In this document: positions 18,089 through 27,138 of the stretch, one piece after another
Layout: every line of letters begins with the position of its first letter
Position numbering within the stretch: position 1 is the stretch's first letter
IMG/VR virus record: IMGVR_UViG_2778261509_000015
Reading direction: 5' to 3' (one strand)
DNA: 33,902 bases
Origin: a virus
Taxonomy: Duplodnaviria; Heunggongvirae; Uroviricota; Caudoviricetes
Notes under the pieces: generated by a model
Told to the model about the DNA's origin: nothing
The model's database searches: none
What the model saw: the letters and a program-made list of their open reading frames with translations, nothing else
Program-made: the position numbers and the translations under genes

Positions 18089-18505
18089 ATACTATGCGGT
18101 CTTCAGTAATCACACGAATTACCGTGAAAGCCAGCACTGGTCTTTCCGACGGTAGTAACACCCCTGTGAACACCAAAATAACCGTCTTCCAGACCGACGA
18201 GAATACTAACGACATTTTTTCAGATATCAAAAATATATTTTGTTTTTAGTTTTTAATATATGTATGCATCTGTATCAGAAATATACAATTTATATCATTA
18301 CTAAATTAAAAACATTTCTCTGACGTCTGATTAAAACGTTCCTGTTCCAGTTCCGCGCCAATCACACATGGTCATTGCGTTTTACCAGTCCATCGCCACT
18401 ATCAGGCTGACCAGGGGACGCCCCACCCGAACTGCTGAGAATGCCAGGCACACAAAGAATAATGCCCGCCAAAGCGTTCCTGCATACAATGACTGCAAAA
18501 TTCAG

Positions 18506-19249
18506 TTATTCTTGAGCGGAGCCAGAACTCATCTCACTGAATGCAGCCATCCTGTAACCTTCCGGGGTGACCCCAAAATAACGCCTGAATACACTGATAA
18601 AATAAGATGTATTATTATAGCCACACTGCACAGCGATTCTGTTGATGGCACAGCTATATTGATGCAACAGCATTGCTGCCATTCTCATTCTCTCCGTAAG
18701 CAACAACTCACTGAAACATGTGCCTTCTTCTTTCAGTCTTTTTTTTAACAAACTTTCACTCATACATAACCGTGATGACACATCTCGCAGAGTCCAGTTT
18801 GCTGCAATGTCTGTATGAAACAACGCACCAAGCCTGCCGCTGATAGTACTGATACACGCGGTCATAAACGACGAAAACATTTTATCTGATGAAAAAAACG
18901 CCAGACACGAAAAGGAAAGCATTTCCGCTAAATTGTCCGTATGAATCTTTTCCTCATAAAGATAATCAATCAGGATGCCCATCAATTCTGGCCTGGGAAA
19001 ACTCATGCAAAGATATCGTGGCATTTTCCGGACTAAAACAACATCCTGTTTTACCCCACTACGCAACAGGTAACGGCTAATTGTCGATTCACTGAGACTT
19101 ATACGCCGAAAACATTCAGAAAAGGGCAATAACGGTCCAGCCCCTCCCCTGACAAGAAGTGCACTACCACTTTCCAGAGAGAGTACTTTTCCTTCGAAGA
19201 GCACAACAAACGGGGAATGAACAAAAATAACAGAACAGGCCTCATTCAT
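18506..19249 (-). CDS. AraC/XylS-family transcriptional regulator (AppY/YdeO/GadX-like)
   Basis: C-terminal AraC HTH (IAVQCGYNNTSYFISVFRRYFGVTPEGYR); N-terminus MNEACSVIF resembles AppY; ATG at 19249 (ORF track start 19357 is GTG); AT-rich flanks. Confidence 0.8.
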   Translation of the reverse strand: MNEACSVIFVHSPFVVLFEGKVLSLESGSALLVRGGAGPLLPFSECFRRISLSESTISRYLLRSGVKQDVVLVRKMPRYLCMSFPRPELMGILIDYLYEEKIHTDNLAEMLSFSCLAFFSSDKMFSSFMTACISTISGRLGALFHTDIAANWTLRDVSSRLCMSESLLKKRLKEEGTCFSELLLTERMRMAAMLLHQYSCAINRIAVQCGYNNTSYFISVFRRYFGVTPEGYRMAAFSEMSSGSAQE

Positions 19250-19372
19250 ATCAATATCCCTGACATTACTGGTCGCAAGATAAGTATATATCACTTTACA
19301 AAAATGCAAGCCGTGAGCCCCGAATTCACGACCACCAGCGTGTTTACTGTACTGCACCAGGTTTACAGGTAC

Positions 19373-19395
19373 AAAAAAACCCGCTCGACGGCGGG
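19373..19395 (-). terminator. Hairpin CCCGC-N6-GCGGG with T7 run on minus strand, upstream of AraC gene
   Basis: Read directly: aaaaaaacccgctcgacggcgggttt. Confidence 0.5.
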
Positions 19396-19822
19396 TTTAA
19401 GCTGTGTGGCGAAGTAACCACCCTTAACAGCATAACCAATTTTTTACGTACGTAAACCTCTAAACAATATTTGTGAGAATGATATCGAGTGTTCAAAACA
19501 CCACCACAATCACATAAGGAAAAATAAACAAATAATCATTAAATAATTTCTGGCGTTATTTTTAGTGCATTTAAATTAAATAGATGAATTATAAAACGCT
19601 TATAAATAACAACCTTTAATATGATTTTGCTACCAAATTTATTTTCTTTCAGGTAATAGTCATGTACAGCATGCAATAGAAAAAGTTCAGATGAAAATAG
19701 AGATCTAGCTCACAATTTAAATAAGAATCTAAAACTTACATCTTGAATTAATCACATTGATTAGATGAATATTTGTCGCGCAGGGCATCATTTTTTAATA
19801 AATTTCAAAAAAAGGTCTCACG

Positions 19823-20920
19823 ATGAAAAAATTAACAGTGGCAATTTCTGCTGTAGCTGCATCAGTACTGTTGGCGATGTCTGCTCAGGCAGCAGAGATT
19901 TATAATAAAGACAGTAACAAACTCGATCTGTACGGAAAAGTTAATGCTAAGCACTACTTCTCCTCTAACGAGGCAGATGATGGTGACACTACTTATGTTC
20001 GTCTGGGCTTCAAAGGCGAAACCCAAATCAACGATCAGCTGACTGGTTTCGGTCAGTGGGAATACGAATTCAAAGGCAACCGTGCTGAATCTCAGGGTTC
20101 TTCCAAAGATAAAACCCGTCTTGCGTTCGCTGGCCTGAAATTCGGTGACTACGGCTCCATCGATTATGGTCGTAACTACGGTGTAGCATACGATATCGGT
20201 GCGTGGACTGACGTTCTGCCAGAATTCGGTGGTGATACCTGGACTCAAACCGACGTATTCATGACTCAGCGTGCAACTGGTGTTGCAACTTACCGTAATA
20301 ACGACTTCTTCGGTCTGGTTGATGGCCTGAACTTTGCAGCTCAGTACCAGGGCAAAAACGATCGTAGCGATTTCGAGAACTACACCGAAGGTAACGGTGA
20401 TGGCTTCGGTTTCTCTGCTACCTATGAATACGAAGGATTCGGTATCGGTGCAACTTATGCGAAATCTGATCGTACCGACACTCAAGTTTATGCAGGGAAA
20501 GTTCTTCCTGAAGTATTTGCTTCCGGTAAAAATGCAGAAGTTTGGGCCGCAGGTCTAAAATATGACGCTAACAACATTTACCTAGCCACTACCTATTCTG
20601 AAACCCAGAATATGACTGTATTTGCTGATTACTTCGTTGCTAATAAAGCTCAAAACTTCGAAGCTGTTGCACAATATCAGTTCGATTTCGGTCTGCGTCC
20701 GTCCGTTGCTTACCTGCAATCTAAAGGTAAGGATCTTGGAGTATGGGGCGATCAGGACTTAGTCAAATATGTTGATGTAGGTGCAACCTATTACTTCAAC
20801 AAAAATATGTCTACTTTCGTTGATTACAAAATCAACCTGCTTGACAAAAATGACTTCACTAAAACACTCGGTGTAAGCACTGACAACATCGTTGCTGCAG
20901 GATTGGTTTACCAGTTCTAA
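19823..20920 (+). CDS. Outer membrane general porin (OmpC/OmpF/NmpC/Lc family)
   Basis: Signal peptide [24 protein letters not shown]-terminal [18 protein letters not shown]-terminal Phe (VYQF), 365 aa; opposite strand to late genes as nmpC in DLP12. Confidence 0.9.
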   Translation: MKKLTVAISAVAASVLLAMSAQAAEIYNKDSNKLDLYGKVNAKHYFSSNEADDGDTTYVRLGFKGETQINDQLTGFGQWEYEFKGNRAESQGSSKDKTRLAFAGLKFGDYGSIDYGRNYGVAYDIGAWTDVLPEFGGDTWTQTDVFMTQRATGVATYRNNDFFGLVDGLNFAAQYQGKNDRSDFENYTEGNGDGFGFSATYEYEGFGIGATYAKSDRTDTQVYAGKVLPEVFASGKNAEVWAAGLKYDANNIYLATTYSETQNMTVFADYFVANKAQNFEAVAQYQFDFGLRPSVAYLQSKGKDLGVWGDQDLVKYVDVGATYYFNKNMSTFVDYKINLLDKNDFTKTLGVSTDNIVAAGLVYQF

Positions 20921-21055
20921 TTTGGTTACTAAAAGATATGTTGCGGGAGGCGTTGCCTCCCCAACATATAAGTGGCTCCCTCAAGCCACTTCCTTTAGAA
21001 GCACTACCTTGCTTCTGACTATATAAACCTTCTGTTATATATTACCCTTTATTTT

Positions 21056-21080
21056 GGGGGCGTTTATACGCCCTATTTTT
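21056..21080 (+). terminator. Porin terminator (GGGCG-loop-CGCCC followed by TATTTTT)
   Basis: Read directly about 135 nt after porin stop; a second hairpin GGGAGGC-GTT-GCCTCCC sits at 20945..20961. Confidence 0.5.
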
Positions 21081-21107
21081 AATAAAATTAAGTGAACAAT
21101 TAGCGTA

Positions 21108-21491
21108 TCAATTAGACTTCGTAACAACGACATCCATCTCTAACCGGATATCTAATGCCATTAACATCCCTTCAATTATTCCCTCAGCCTTCTGTAACTT
21201 TTTCCCGATATAACCATCAGAGCAACGATGCTTACTTGCCAGTGACATGAATGTCATACCACCTACATAATAATCCACTAATAAATCGTGCAAATCGCTG
21301 TTGTTCTTTTTCAGACGGGCCATGCACCCGCAAATGATCATCGCGTCATCGTCACAACATTGCGGACGGGGTTTTACTTTTGAAGGAAGTAATCCCTTAA
21401 AACCGGCAGCAATGGACGACCAGGTCACATCCTCATGATTATTAGCCGCCCATGCCCCCCAACGTTCAAGAACCATTTGAATATCACGCAT
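21108..21491 (-). CDS. Late gene antiterminator Q (phage 82 / QuuD-like)
   Basis: ATG at 21491 with GGAGG 7 nt upstream gives [26 protein letters not shown]..., matching DLP12 QuuD as recalled; Cys-rich zinc motif. Confidence 0.85.
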   Translation of the reverse strand: MRDIQMVLERWGAWAANNHEDVTWSSIAAGFKGLLPSKVKPRPQCCDDDAMIICGCMARLKKNNSDLHDLLVDYYVGGMTFMSLASKHRCSDGYIGKKLQKAEGIIEGMLMALDIRLEMDVVVTKSN

Positions 21492-21508
21492 CAACTTCCT
21501 CCACAAAA

Positions 21509-22504
21509 TCAGGCCAGCACGCCTATTGCCAGCGCACGATCGATAAAACGAAATATCAGCTCCAGCTGGGAGCCATACTTCTCTTCAAATGCCACGGTAT
21601 CCGCATGCAGCTCGTCGTGATGCTTTCTGCACAAAGGCAACACAAAGAGGTCATGCGCTTTTGTTCCCATTCCACCCTGACCGTAACCTATCAGGTGGTG
21701 GGGATCATCAGCGGGCTTTCCACAACATGCACACGGCTGTGTCTTAACCCAGCGCGTGTACTTTTCATTAACCCAGCGGCGACGTTTTGGGCGTAACATA
21801 AAAGACTCCGGCGACTCCGGATCCACTTTCAGCGCCAGCACCTTTTTCGCCTTATCCTGGATGATGCTGGTGGCAGGAACCGAAGGCACAAGGTCACTTT
21901 CCCGGGTGACAGACGGCACAACAGGCTTCGGTAATCTCAGTGCCTTACGGGCTGCGCTTTCCGGTAAGGCATCCGCCAGATCATTACGAACCAGCCACCA
22001 GCACAGTTCCGGCATTGTCACAACGTGACTGTCATCAAAACCGAGATCCCGACGCACAACAGACAACACCCAGCGGGCACAGTTATCCGTTGCCATTGAT
22101 TCCAGCCGTTCCGTGAACTGATCGCGCAGCTGGTTATCGCAGTGCCAGCATAGACGGATTGCACCCGGAGCGTGTCGCATTGTGGTCATGTTCTCGCTGT
22201 GCCAGTCGGAATGAGGCCACTGGCAGCCTTTTTCACGAAGTAACCAGCTTTCAAGACATTCCACGCCACCAGCACGACGGATCACTGCCTCATTGCGGAA
22301 CACGGCCCGAACGGCAGGATCATCCGCCAGCGGTTGTGATGCCGCGGGAACGGCACCACTGGCGAAAGATGAATAACGCTCCGGCTCAGGCTCCAGCAGG
22401 ACACGCCCCTGCATAAACAGGGGCATCAGCTCTGAACCTGGCCTGAACAATACGATCCCCATACGCGGGGCAATTTCAGGGGTCAGTAGTGCTCTCACGG
22501 TCAC
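21509..22504 (-). CDS. DUF968-family phage protein (YdfU-like, HNH-like Cys/His motif)
   Basis: C-terminal CACCGK...HH...CRKHH motif; sits upstream of Q as ydfU does in Qin; GTG start coupled to upstream stop (alternative ATG at 22462). Confidence 0.6.
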   Translation of the reverse strand: MTVRALLTPEIAPRMGIVLFRPGSELMPLFMQGRVLLEPEPERYSSFASGAVPAASQPLADDPAVRAVFRNEAVIRRAGGVECLESWLLREKGCQWPHSDWHSENMTTMRHAPGAIRLCWHCDNQLRDQFTERLESMATDNCARWVLSVVRRDLGFDDSHVVTMPELCWWLVRNDLADALPESAARKALRLPKPVVPSVTRESDLVPSVPATSIIQDKAKKVLALKVDPESPESFMLRPKRRRWVNEKYTRWVKTQPCACCGKPADDPHHLIGYGQGGMGTKAHDLFVLPLCRKHHDELHADTVAFEEKYGSQLELIFRFIDRALAIGVLA

Positions 22505-22505
22505 C

Positions 22506-23315
22506 TCAATGAACGGTATCGAGCAGCTTTAACAGCTCAGGGAATCGGGATTCGAAGAAATGCGGCTGCGTCTCGCGCGGATTTGCGGGACTGGTGATGT
22601 TCTTGCCGAACATGCAACCTTTCGCTGTCAGCGACCAGAATTTTTTGATGTTGTTAATCGCGGTACGGCTGTATCGTTCGCGCTGCTCGACGATCCCCAG
22701 TTTCACCATCTGATGATATGCCTGATTAGCCGTCAGGCGTATACCATACTGTTTCAGCAGTGCACTCAGTGACAGTGTCGGGCGACTTGAGCCATCGTGT
22801 GCATCAGCAGGAGCATCAATGGCATAGCGCGGTGCCAGATTCGGTAAGCCAACAGCCTCCTGGAGTTTCTGACAGGCACCAAGCACTGAAGAGTTAGACA
22901 GGTTTAACTCCCGACGCATAAAGTCCAGCAGAATCACACCAGCCTGCATCTTGTCAGCAGCCTGTCCGGATAATTTTTCCGGTGCGCTGGTTACCATATC
23001 GAAAGTACGGATCACCTTCAGATGGAATGACGGGCTGATCCACATTGCATAGGCATACACCAGTTCCTTGCAGACATACGTTCCCCGTTCATTTCCCCCA
23101 TGAATCACACTCACCGGGTCAACACCCAAATTCTGGGTGTTGGTCAATTCATGAACAAGCTCAACAGTCTGTTGGCTGGAAAGAAACTTTCCTGGCTCCT
23201 TGGTTCTGGCATTTGCACCAGATGCTACTGCTGCGCGATGCAGATCGTTCAGGCTGTAACGCCCATAAGCATCACGACGAACTTCAATACCATCAATGAC
23301 CATCAGATTATTCAT
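22506..23315 (-). CDS. KilA-N domain protein (antirepressor-like)
   Basis: ATG at 23315 with AGGAGA upstream gives MNNLMVIDGIEVRRDAYGRYSLNDLHRAA, a KilA-N-type N-terminus. Confidence 0.65.
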   Translation of the reverse strand: MNNLMVIDGIEVRRDAYGRYSLNDLHRAAVASGANARTKEPGKFLSSQQTVELVHELTNTQNLGVDPVSVIHGGNERGTYVCKELVYAYAMWISPSFHLKVIRTFDMVTSAPEKLSGQAADKMQAGVILLDFMRRELNLSNSSVLGACQKLQEAVGLPNLAPRYAIDAPADAHDGSSRPTLSLSALLKQYGIRLTANQAYHQMVKLGIVEQRERYSRTAINNIKKFWSLTAKGCMFGKNITSPANPRETQPHFFESRFPELLKLLDTVH

Positions 23316-23334
23316 ACTTCGTTTCTCCTCTTTA

Positions 23335-23724
23335 TCAGGCAGCTGCACCCGCCGTTTTCTCGTACTTACTGATAGTGATCTCGACCTTCCCTTCCGGGAT
23401 AACCGGTCCCCACTCCACCAGCATTCTTTTCACCTGACTGTCGTCTTCCCACACACCCGCGTGGGTCAGGGCGTCAAACAGCGCCTTGTTATAGTTGTCC
23501 AGATCGCGGATCCGGTTATCCGGCGGAAACAACACGATCTCCACTGAAGCAGGTGCCGACGTTGGTTTCGGCAGACGACGTAACTGCTCAACTATTGCTG
23601 CACACGCCGCGCTCTGGAATTTGCGCCCCGCCGCGCTTATCAGGCTCTTACCTGCAAACGCCCCTTTGTTGGGGTGTCGCCAGTACGTGTTCACGCAGGG
23701 CGGAAAAGGCAGGATCAGCTTCAT
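23335..23724 (-). CDS. rusA: RusA-family Holliday junction resolvase
   Basis: 129 aa; DLDNYNKALFDALTHAGVWEDDSQV matches the RusA catalytic region. Confidence 0.8.
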   Translation of the reverse strand: MKLILPFPPCVNTYWRHPNKGAFAGKSLISAAGRKFQSAACAAIVEQLRRLPKPTSAPASVEIVLFPPDNRIRDLDNYNKALFDALTHAGVWEDDSQVKRMLVEWGPVIPEGKVEITISKYEKTAGAAA

Positions 23725-24047
23725 ACTTTCAGGCCTCTCTCATGTAACCAGTGGGCTGCACGCAACCTGGCGTTCTCCTCACCGGCAAGCAGTGCGCGGA
23801 TGATACCGACCGCCTCGCTGTCGTCGTCCTTCACCGCGGTATGAAGCGTGATCCCCCGGGCCACGCCACGCTTTATCGTGATGACGCCTTTTTTCTCCAG
23901 TGCGCGAAGATGCTCTACCGCTGCATTCACTGAACGGTATCCCAGCATGGTTGCCACCTCCTGATTGGTTGGCGGGAAGCCACGTTCTTTCTGGTAAGAA
24001 ATCAGCATATCCAGCACCTGCTGCTGGCATTGAGTTAACGTCGTCAT
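23721..24047 (-). CDS. LexA-type winged-helix DNA-binding protein lacking the S24 peptidase domain
   Basis: ATG at 24047 (ATGA overlap with upstream stop) gives MTTLTQCQQQVLDMLISYQKERGFPPTNQEVATMLGYRSVNAAVEHLRALEKKGVI, closely resembling the LexA N-terminal domain; only 108 aa. Confidence 0.6.
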   Translation of the reverse strand: MTTLTQCQQQVLDMLISYQKERGFPPTNQEVATMLGYRSVNAAVEHLRALEKKGVITIKRGVARGITLHTAVKDDDSEAVGIIRALLAGEENARLRAAHWLHERGLKV

Positions 24048-24373
24048 GCCGCCATCTCCCTGACCAGTTTTTCCGCCTGGCGAGTCAGGCACAAAATCAC
24101 CCGGGAATCGTTAGTGCCGACATAGAAATTGCGCACAGGTCTGGTTTCACGAACTGGTTGTGGTTCCGGCTCCTGCGCTCTCTCAGCCAGGCGTGGGAAA
24201 TGTCTGCGTGTATCTCCTTCACAACGGTGAGCCACACGCCCACTCTGACGTAACTTGCTTGCTGACTGCAGAACGTGCTGCCGTGAGTAACCTGCAAAAG
24301 CATCCGCAATGTCTCCGGAAGTACACCCCGGATGGGCTTCAATGAATTTCTGAACTTCATTCAAAAGACTCAT
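24044..24373 (-). CDS. Hypothetical phage protein (possible winged-helix)
   Basis: ATG at 24373 with GGGGGTG upstream; coupled to O-like stop and LexA-like start; no confident homology. Confidence 0.4.
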   Translation of the reverse strand: MSLLNEVQKFIEAHPGCTSGDIADAFAGYSRQHVLQSASKLRQSGRVAHRCEGDTRRHFPRLAERAQEPEPQPVRETRPVRNFYVGTNDSRVILCLTRQAEKLVREMAA

Positions 24374-24375
24374 GA

Positions 24376-25194
24376 TCACCCCCTGAATCCTGCCGGGATC
24401 TGGCTGTAGTCCACGTTGTCGTAACTGGCTTTGAAGTACGGGTCCTCGCGTCTGGCTGCAGATACTGCAGGAACTTCCCAGGATTCTTCGAAATGACGAT
24501 CCGGACCAAAGAACGTGACAGCCTGTTTCACAAATTGTGTGCCGCTGTTACCCATCGCAGATACCCAGCCCGCGTAGCGTTTCACACCTTCCAGCATGGT
24601 TTCGGGTTTTACCCCCTCATTCAAACGAGCTTTCCAGGCTTTGAAGGCTGCAGATTTTGAATTGCCACCAGCACGTTTGGGGTATGCCAGCCATGCCTGC
24701 TCAAACTCCGGAGAGTATTCCGGTCGGTTTGAACGAACTCGCACGGACTCATCAGCAGATGCACCAACAGCTATTGGTTCATTGACTGGTTCTTTGACTG
24801 GTTCAAAAGAGTGACTGGTTCTGGGTGAATCTCCTGCACCACCCCCTGGTGCAACTCCTGCACTACCTGGTGAATTTGCTGCACCAGATAGTGAATTATT
24901 TGCACTACCCCATAGTGAATCTCCTGCACCATCAAGATGAAGGAGATAGATATTACTTGAGTTACCTTTTTCACCTTTCCGGGTGACTTTTTTTACCAGC
25001 CCGGACTCACAAAGGGCCGCAATATGATTCATCACAGAACGTTTGCTAATTTCGCACTGGTCAGCAATATGCTGGTAGCTGGGCCAGCACTCACCCTGAT
25101 CGCTGGCATTATCAGCCAGCTTGATCAGAACCAGTTTTCGCAATGGATTACCCACTCGAATTTTCATCGCTTTAACCATCAGCTCCATACTCAT
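24376..25194 (-). CDS. Replication initiation protein (O-like; N-terminal wHTH, central low-complexity linker)
   Basis: N-terminal LRKLVLIKLADNASDQGECWPSYQHIADQCEISKRSVMNHIAALCESGLV HTH; iteron array inside the gene as in lambda O; ATG at 25194 with GGAGGTG upstream. Confidence 0.65.
   Translation of the reverse strand: MSMELMVKAMKIRVGNPLRKLVLIKLADNASDQGECWPSYQHIADQCEISKRSVMNHIAALCESGLVKKVTRKGEKGNSSNIYLLHLDGAGDSLWGSANNSLSGAANSPGSAGVAPGGGAGDSPRTSHSFEPVKEPVNEPIAVGASADESVRVRSNRPEYSPEFEQAWLAYPKRAGGNSKSAAFKAWKARLNEGVKPETMLEGVKRYAGWVSAMGNSGTQFVKQAVTFFGPDRHFEESWEVPAVSAARREDPYFKASYDNVDYSQIPAGFRG
24771..24975. repeat. Candidate replication origin: two iteron arrays plus AT-rich stretch inside the O-like gene
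   Basis: Four copies of TTGACTGGTTC-like 11-mer (24771..24821) and five copies of a ~20-bp GTGAATCTCCTGCACC-like repeat at ~21-24 bp spacing (24824..24933), then AT-rich 24934..24975. Confidence 0.6.
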
Positions 25195-25427
25195 GCTGCA
25201 CCTCCGAGATGCTTCATGTTTTTTCCGGAGCGAAAGGCTATAAGCGGCATACTGACGCGGTAATTACGGCCCAGCGGTTCACAAATCACCTTCTGGCATT
25301 CACGGTCAACCAGGCTAACACGTAGAACATGCCCTGCAGGCGTGGTGTACCACTGCCCAACTGTAGGAATTGATGTTTTTTTACGCTGAAGCAAACGGCA
25401 AATATTGAGGATCAACGGATTAAGCAT
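25191..25427 (-). CDS. Hypothetical protein (78 aa)
   Basis: ATG with GGAGGG 8 nt upstream; ATGA coupling to O-like start; no homology recognised. Confidence 0.4.
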   Translation of the reverse strand: MLNPLILNICRLLQRKKTSIPTVGQWYTTPAGHVLRVSLVDRECQKVICEPLGRNYRVSMPLIAFRSGKNMKHLGGAA

Positions 25428-26256
25428 GACGATGCCCTCCGCTGATATTCAGGAGACGGTGAATATGAAAATTAGCCTTATCCGCCAGACGAATACGTTC
25501 AGCCTGCAAGTTAAGAAGGGTTTCTACCAAAACCTGATGCGCCTGCGGATCCGAAAGAGTTACCTTGCGCAGAGCACGTAGTGCAGTTGTTACATAACTG
25601 AGTTTATGTAAGTCTTCATCATTCAGACGAGTGAGGGCTGGGACAGTAGCCATGATGGCAGCCTCCTTGATCGGTGAAATACTTCCACCACCGGAAACGC
25701 CAATTTCGCTGGTGGTGAACTGAACGGGGTTGGCGTAACCGGTGATCAAGGAAACCGGCGCATCTTTCGATGCCCCCGCCCAGCCCACCATAACTTTGAT
25801 GTGAGCAAATGCGGACGATAAAAAAGACGCTGGCGCGTCATATATCGCCTTGATCAATTCCAGGACGCCAATCCCGGCACCCGCTTTATAAGGTGCCTGA
25901 ACAGTGTAACGTCCCGGAATGGCAGAATCAATGTGCTGGTGGTCCTTCACACTCAACAAAATCACGCCTGAATTTCCACAAAGGACTAAAGCACTCATGC
26001 GGGTAGTCTTTGCGAAGATAGATAACGCGCTGTGTTTCTGGCTCCCAACGAATAACATGGACATAAAGCCCTCTTCCATCACGAAACCAGCGGTTAAGTT
26101 CCTGCACAACTCGCCCCCCACAGTCAGGTAAAGTTCTCTGTGGTTACTTACAGCCAGGTGATTTGGTAATCTGCATTCATGCCGTAACAACAGGTGTTCA
26201 GCGACGCTGACCACCAGCTGTTGCGACAAACGGTTATTTGCCGTTAAACTGTTCAT
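25420..26256 (-). CDS. Hypothetical phage protein (278 aa), function unknown
   Basis: Long ORF, ATG with GGAGAA upstream, ATGA coupling to upstream gene; size and position resemble Rac ydaU-like genes, but no sequence recall. Confidence 0.5.
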   Translation of the reverse strand: MNSLTANNRLSQQLVVSVAEHLLLRHECRLPNHLAVSNHRELYLTVGGELCRNLTAGFVMEEGFMSMLFVGSQKHSALSIFAKTTRMSALVLCGNSGVILLSVKDHQHIDSAIPGRYTVQAPYKAGAGIGVLELIKAIYDAPASFLSSAFAHIKVMVGWAGASKDAPVSLITGYANPVQFTTSEIGVSGGGSISPIKEAAIMATVPALTRLNDEDLHKLSYVTTALRALRKVTLSDPQAHQVLVETLLNLQAERIRLADKANFHIHRLLNISGGHRHA

Positions 26257-26816
26257 GCGTTAGTTTCTCCACAGACACAAAACGCCACGACGCCCGGAGC
26301 TGCACACTCGCGGGCGTCACTCTTTTCTGGAGCGCAAAAGATTTTGTAGACCAGTGCTGCATGCTCCTGGAGCTTCGAAATTGACAGATACAACTCATCA
26401 TTAATTGCTGTCTGCTCGTGTGGCTCCACTACCCCATCTTCGATTGCCGAACGAATCTGCTTTGAGTAACTCCCGATCTGTTCGATGACTTCCAGCAGGC
26501 GCTGGTTTATATCGGCGTTCTCTACTTCCTCAATTTCAGGAAGCGATACAAACACCCCACCAGCAGACTGTGCGACAGCATCCGCAATGTAGTGAGTGCC
26601 AGCCGCGCGCTGTAAAATCATTGCCCATCCCAGCGGGAAAATCTGATCGCCATCTGCACGAAGGCGGTTGAATAAAGCGTTCTCTGTTACATCCAGCCAC
26701 TCAGCAGCTTCAGCGTAACCCCCCGGCAACGCCGCGATAGTTTTTCTGACAGCTTTCACGTACCACTCAGGCTGTTTTTCTACTTTCCAGTGATGCTTAC
26801 CCACGGTTAGCCTCAT
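26253..26816 (-). CDS. Putative CII-like / YdaT-like early regulatory protein (187 aa)
   Basis: Position immediately downstream of cro-like gene; weak family resemblance only; no clear RBS. Confidence 0.4.
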   Translation of the reverse strand: MRLTVGKHHWKVEKQPEWYVKAVRKTIAALPGGYAEAAEWLDVTENALFNRLRADGDQIFPLGWAMILQRAAGTHYIADAVAQSAGGVFVSLPEIEEVENADINQRLLEVIEQIGSYSKQIRSAIEDGVVEPHEQTAINDELYLSISKLQEHAALVYKIFCAPEKSDARECAAPGVVAFCVCGETNA

Positions 26817-26847
26817 CGTTCTGTGGTTAAAAATTGAAGGTGTTCTG

Positions 26848-27048
26848 TTAATCTTTCGGATAGATATCCGGTCTTAAGTCAGATTTCGTAATTGCACCTG
26901 ACGTGCATTGCTCAAGTTTTTTAGCCAGCACAAAACTGGCTTTTTTATAACCATTGAAAACCAGCCGTAAGTAGCCTGGTGTTGAGCCAACTTTTCCGGC
27001 CAACTCGCCCTGCTGTTCTTTGGTTAAAGAGTCCCAATACGCTTTCAT
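26848..27048 (-). CDS. Cro-like repressor (YdaS-family HTH)
   Basis: ATG at 27048 with GGAGG upstream gives 66-aa MKAYWDSLTKEQQGELAGKVGSTPGYLRLVFNGYKK...SDLRPDIY; divergent from the cI-like gene. Confidence 0.65.
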   Translation of the reverse strand: MKAYWDSLTKEQQGELAGKVGSTPGYLRLVFNGYKKASFVLAKKLEQCTSGAITKSDLRPDIYPKD

Positions 27049-27053
27049 ACAAT

Positions 27054-27132
27054 ATGTACCTCCGATATACATATTACATGATTGAGATGAACCTTCAAGA
27101 TACTTGTACCCTATCGGTACAAAGGTTTTAAT
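27054..27132. promoter_or_regulatory. Immunity switch: operators O2 (27054..27072) and O1 (27104..27122) with divergent pR-like and pRM-like promoters
   Basis: O1 is the palindrome TTGTACCctatcGGTACAA; O2 is ATGTACCtccgaTATACAT. pR (minus) has -35 TTGAAG, 16 bp spacer, -10 TAATAT; pRM (plus) has -35 TTGTAC, 17 bp spacer, -10 TTTAAT and would give a leaderless cI mRNA. Confidence 0.5.
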
Positions 27133-27138
27133 TTCGTT

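Noticed and set aside
18089-18505. Possible additional tRNA genes (ileZ/argN/argO-type) next to tRNA-Gly
   Set aside because: No further sequence with a T-arm GGTTCGA motif, matching acceptor stems and CCA context was found in the flanks by eye.
19862-20485. 207-aa minus-strand ORF
   Set aside because: Antisense to the porin gene, which has a signal peptide, C-terminal Phe and its own promoter and terminator.
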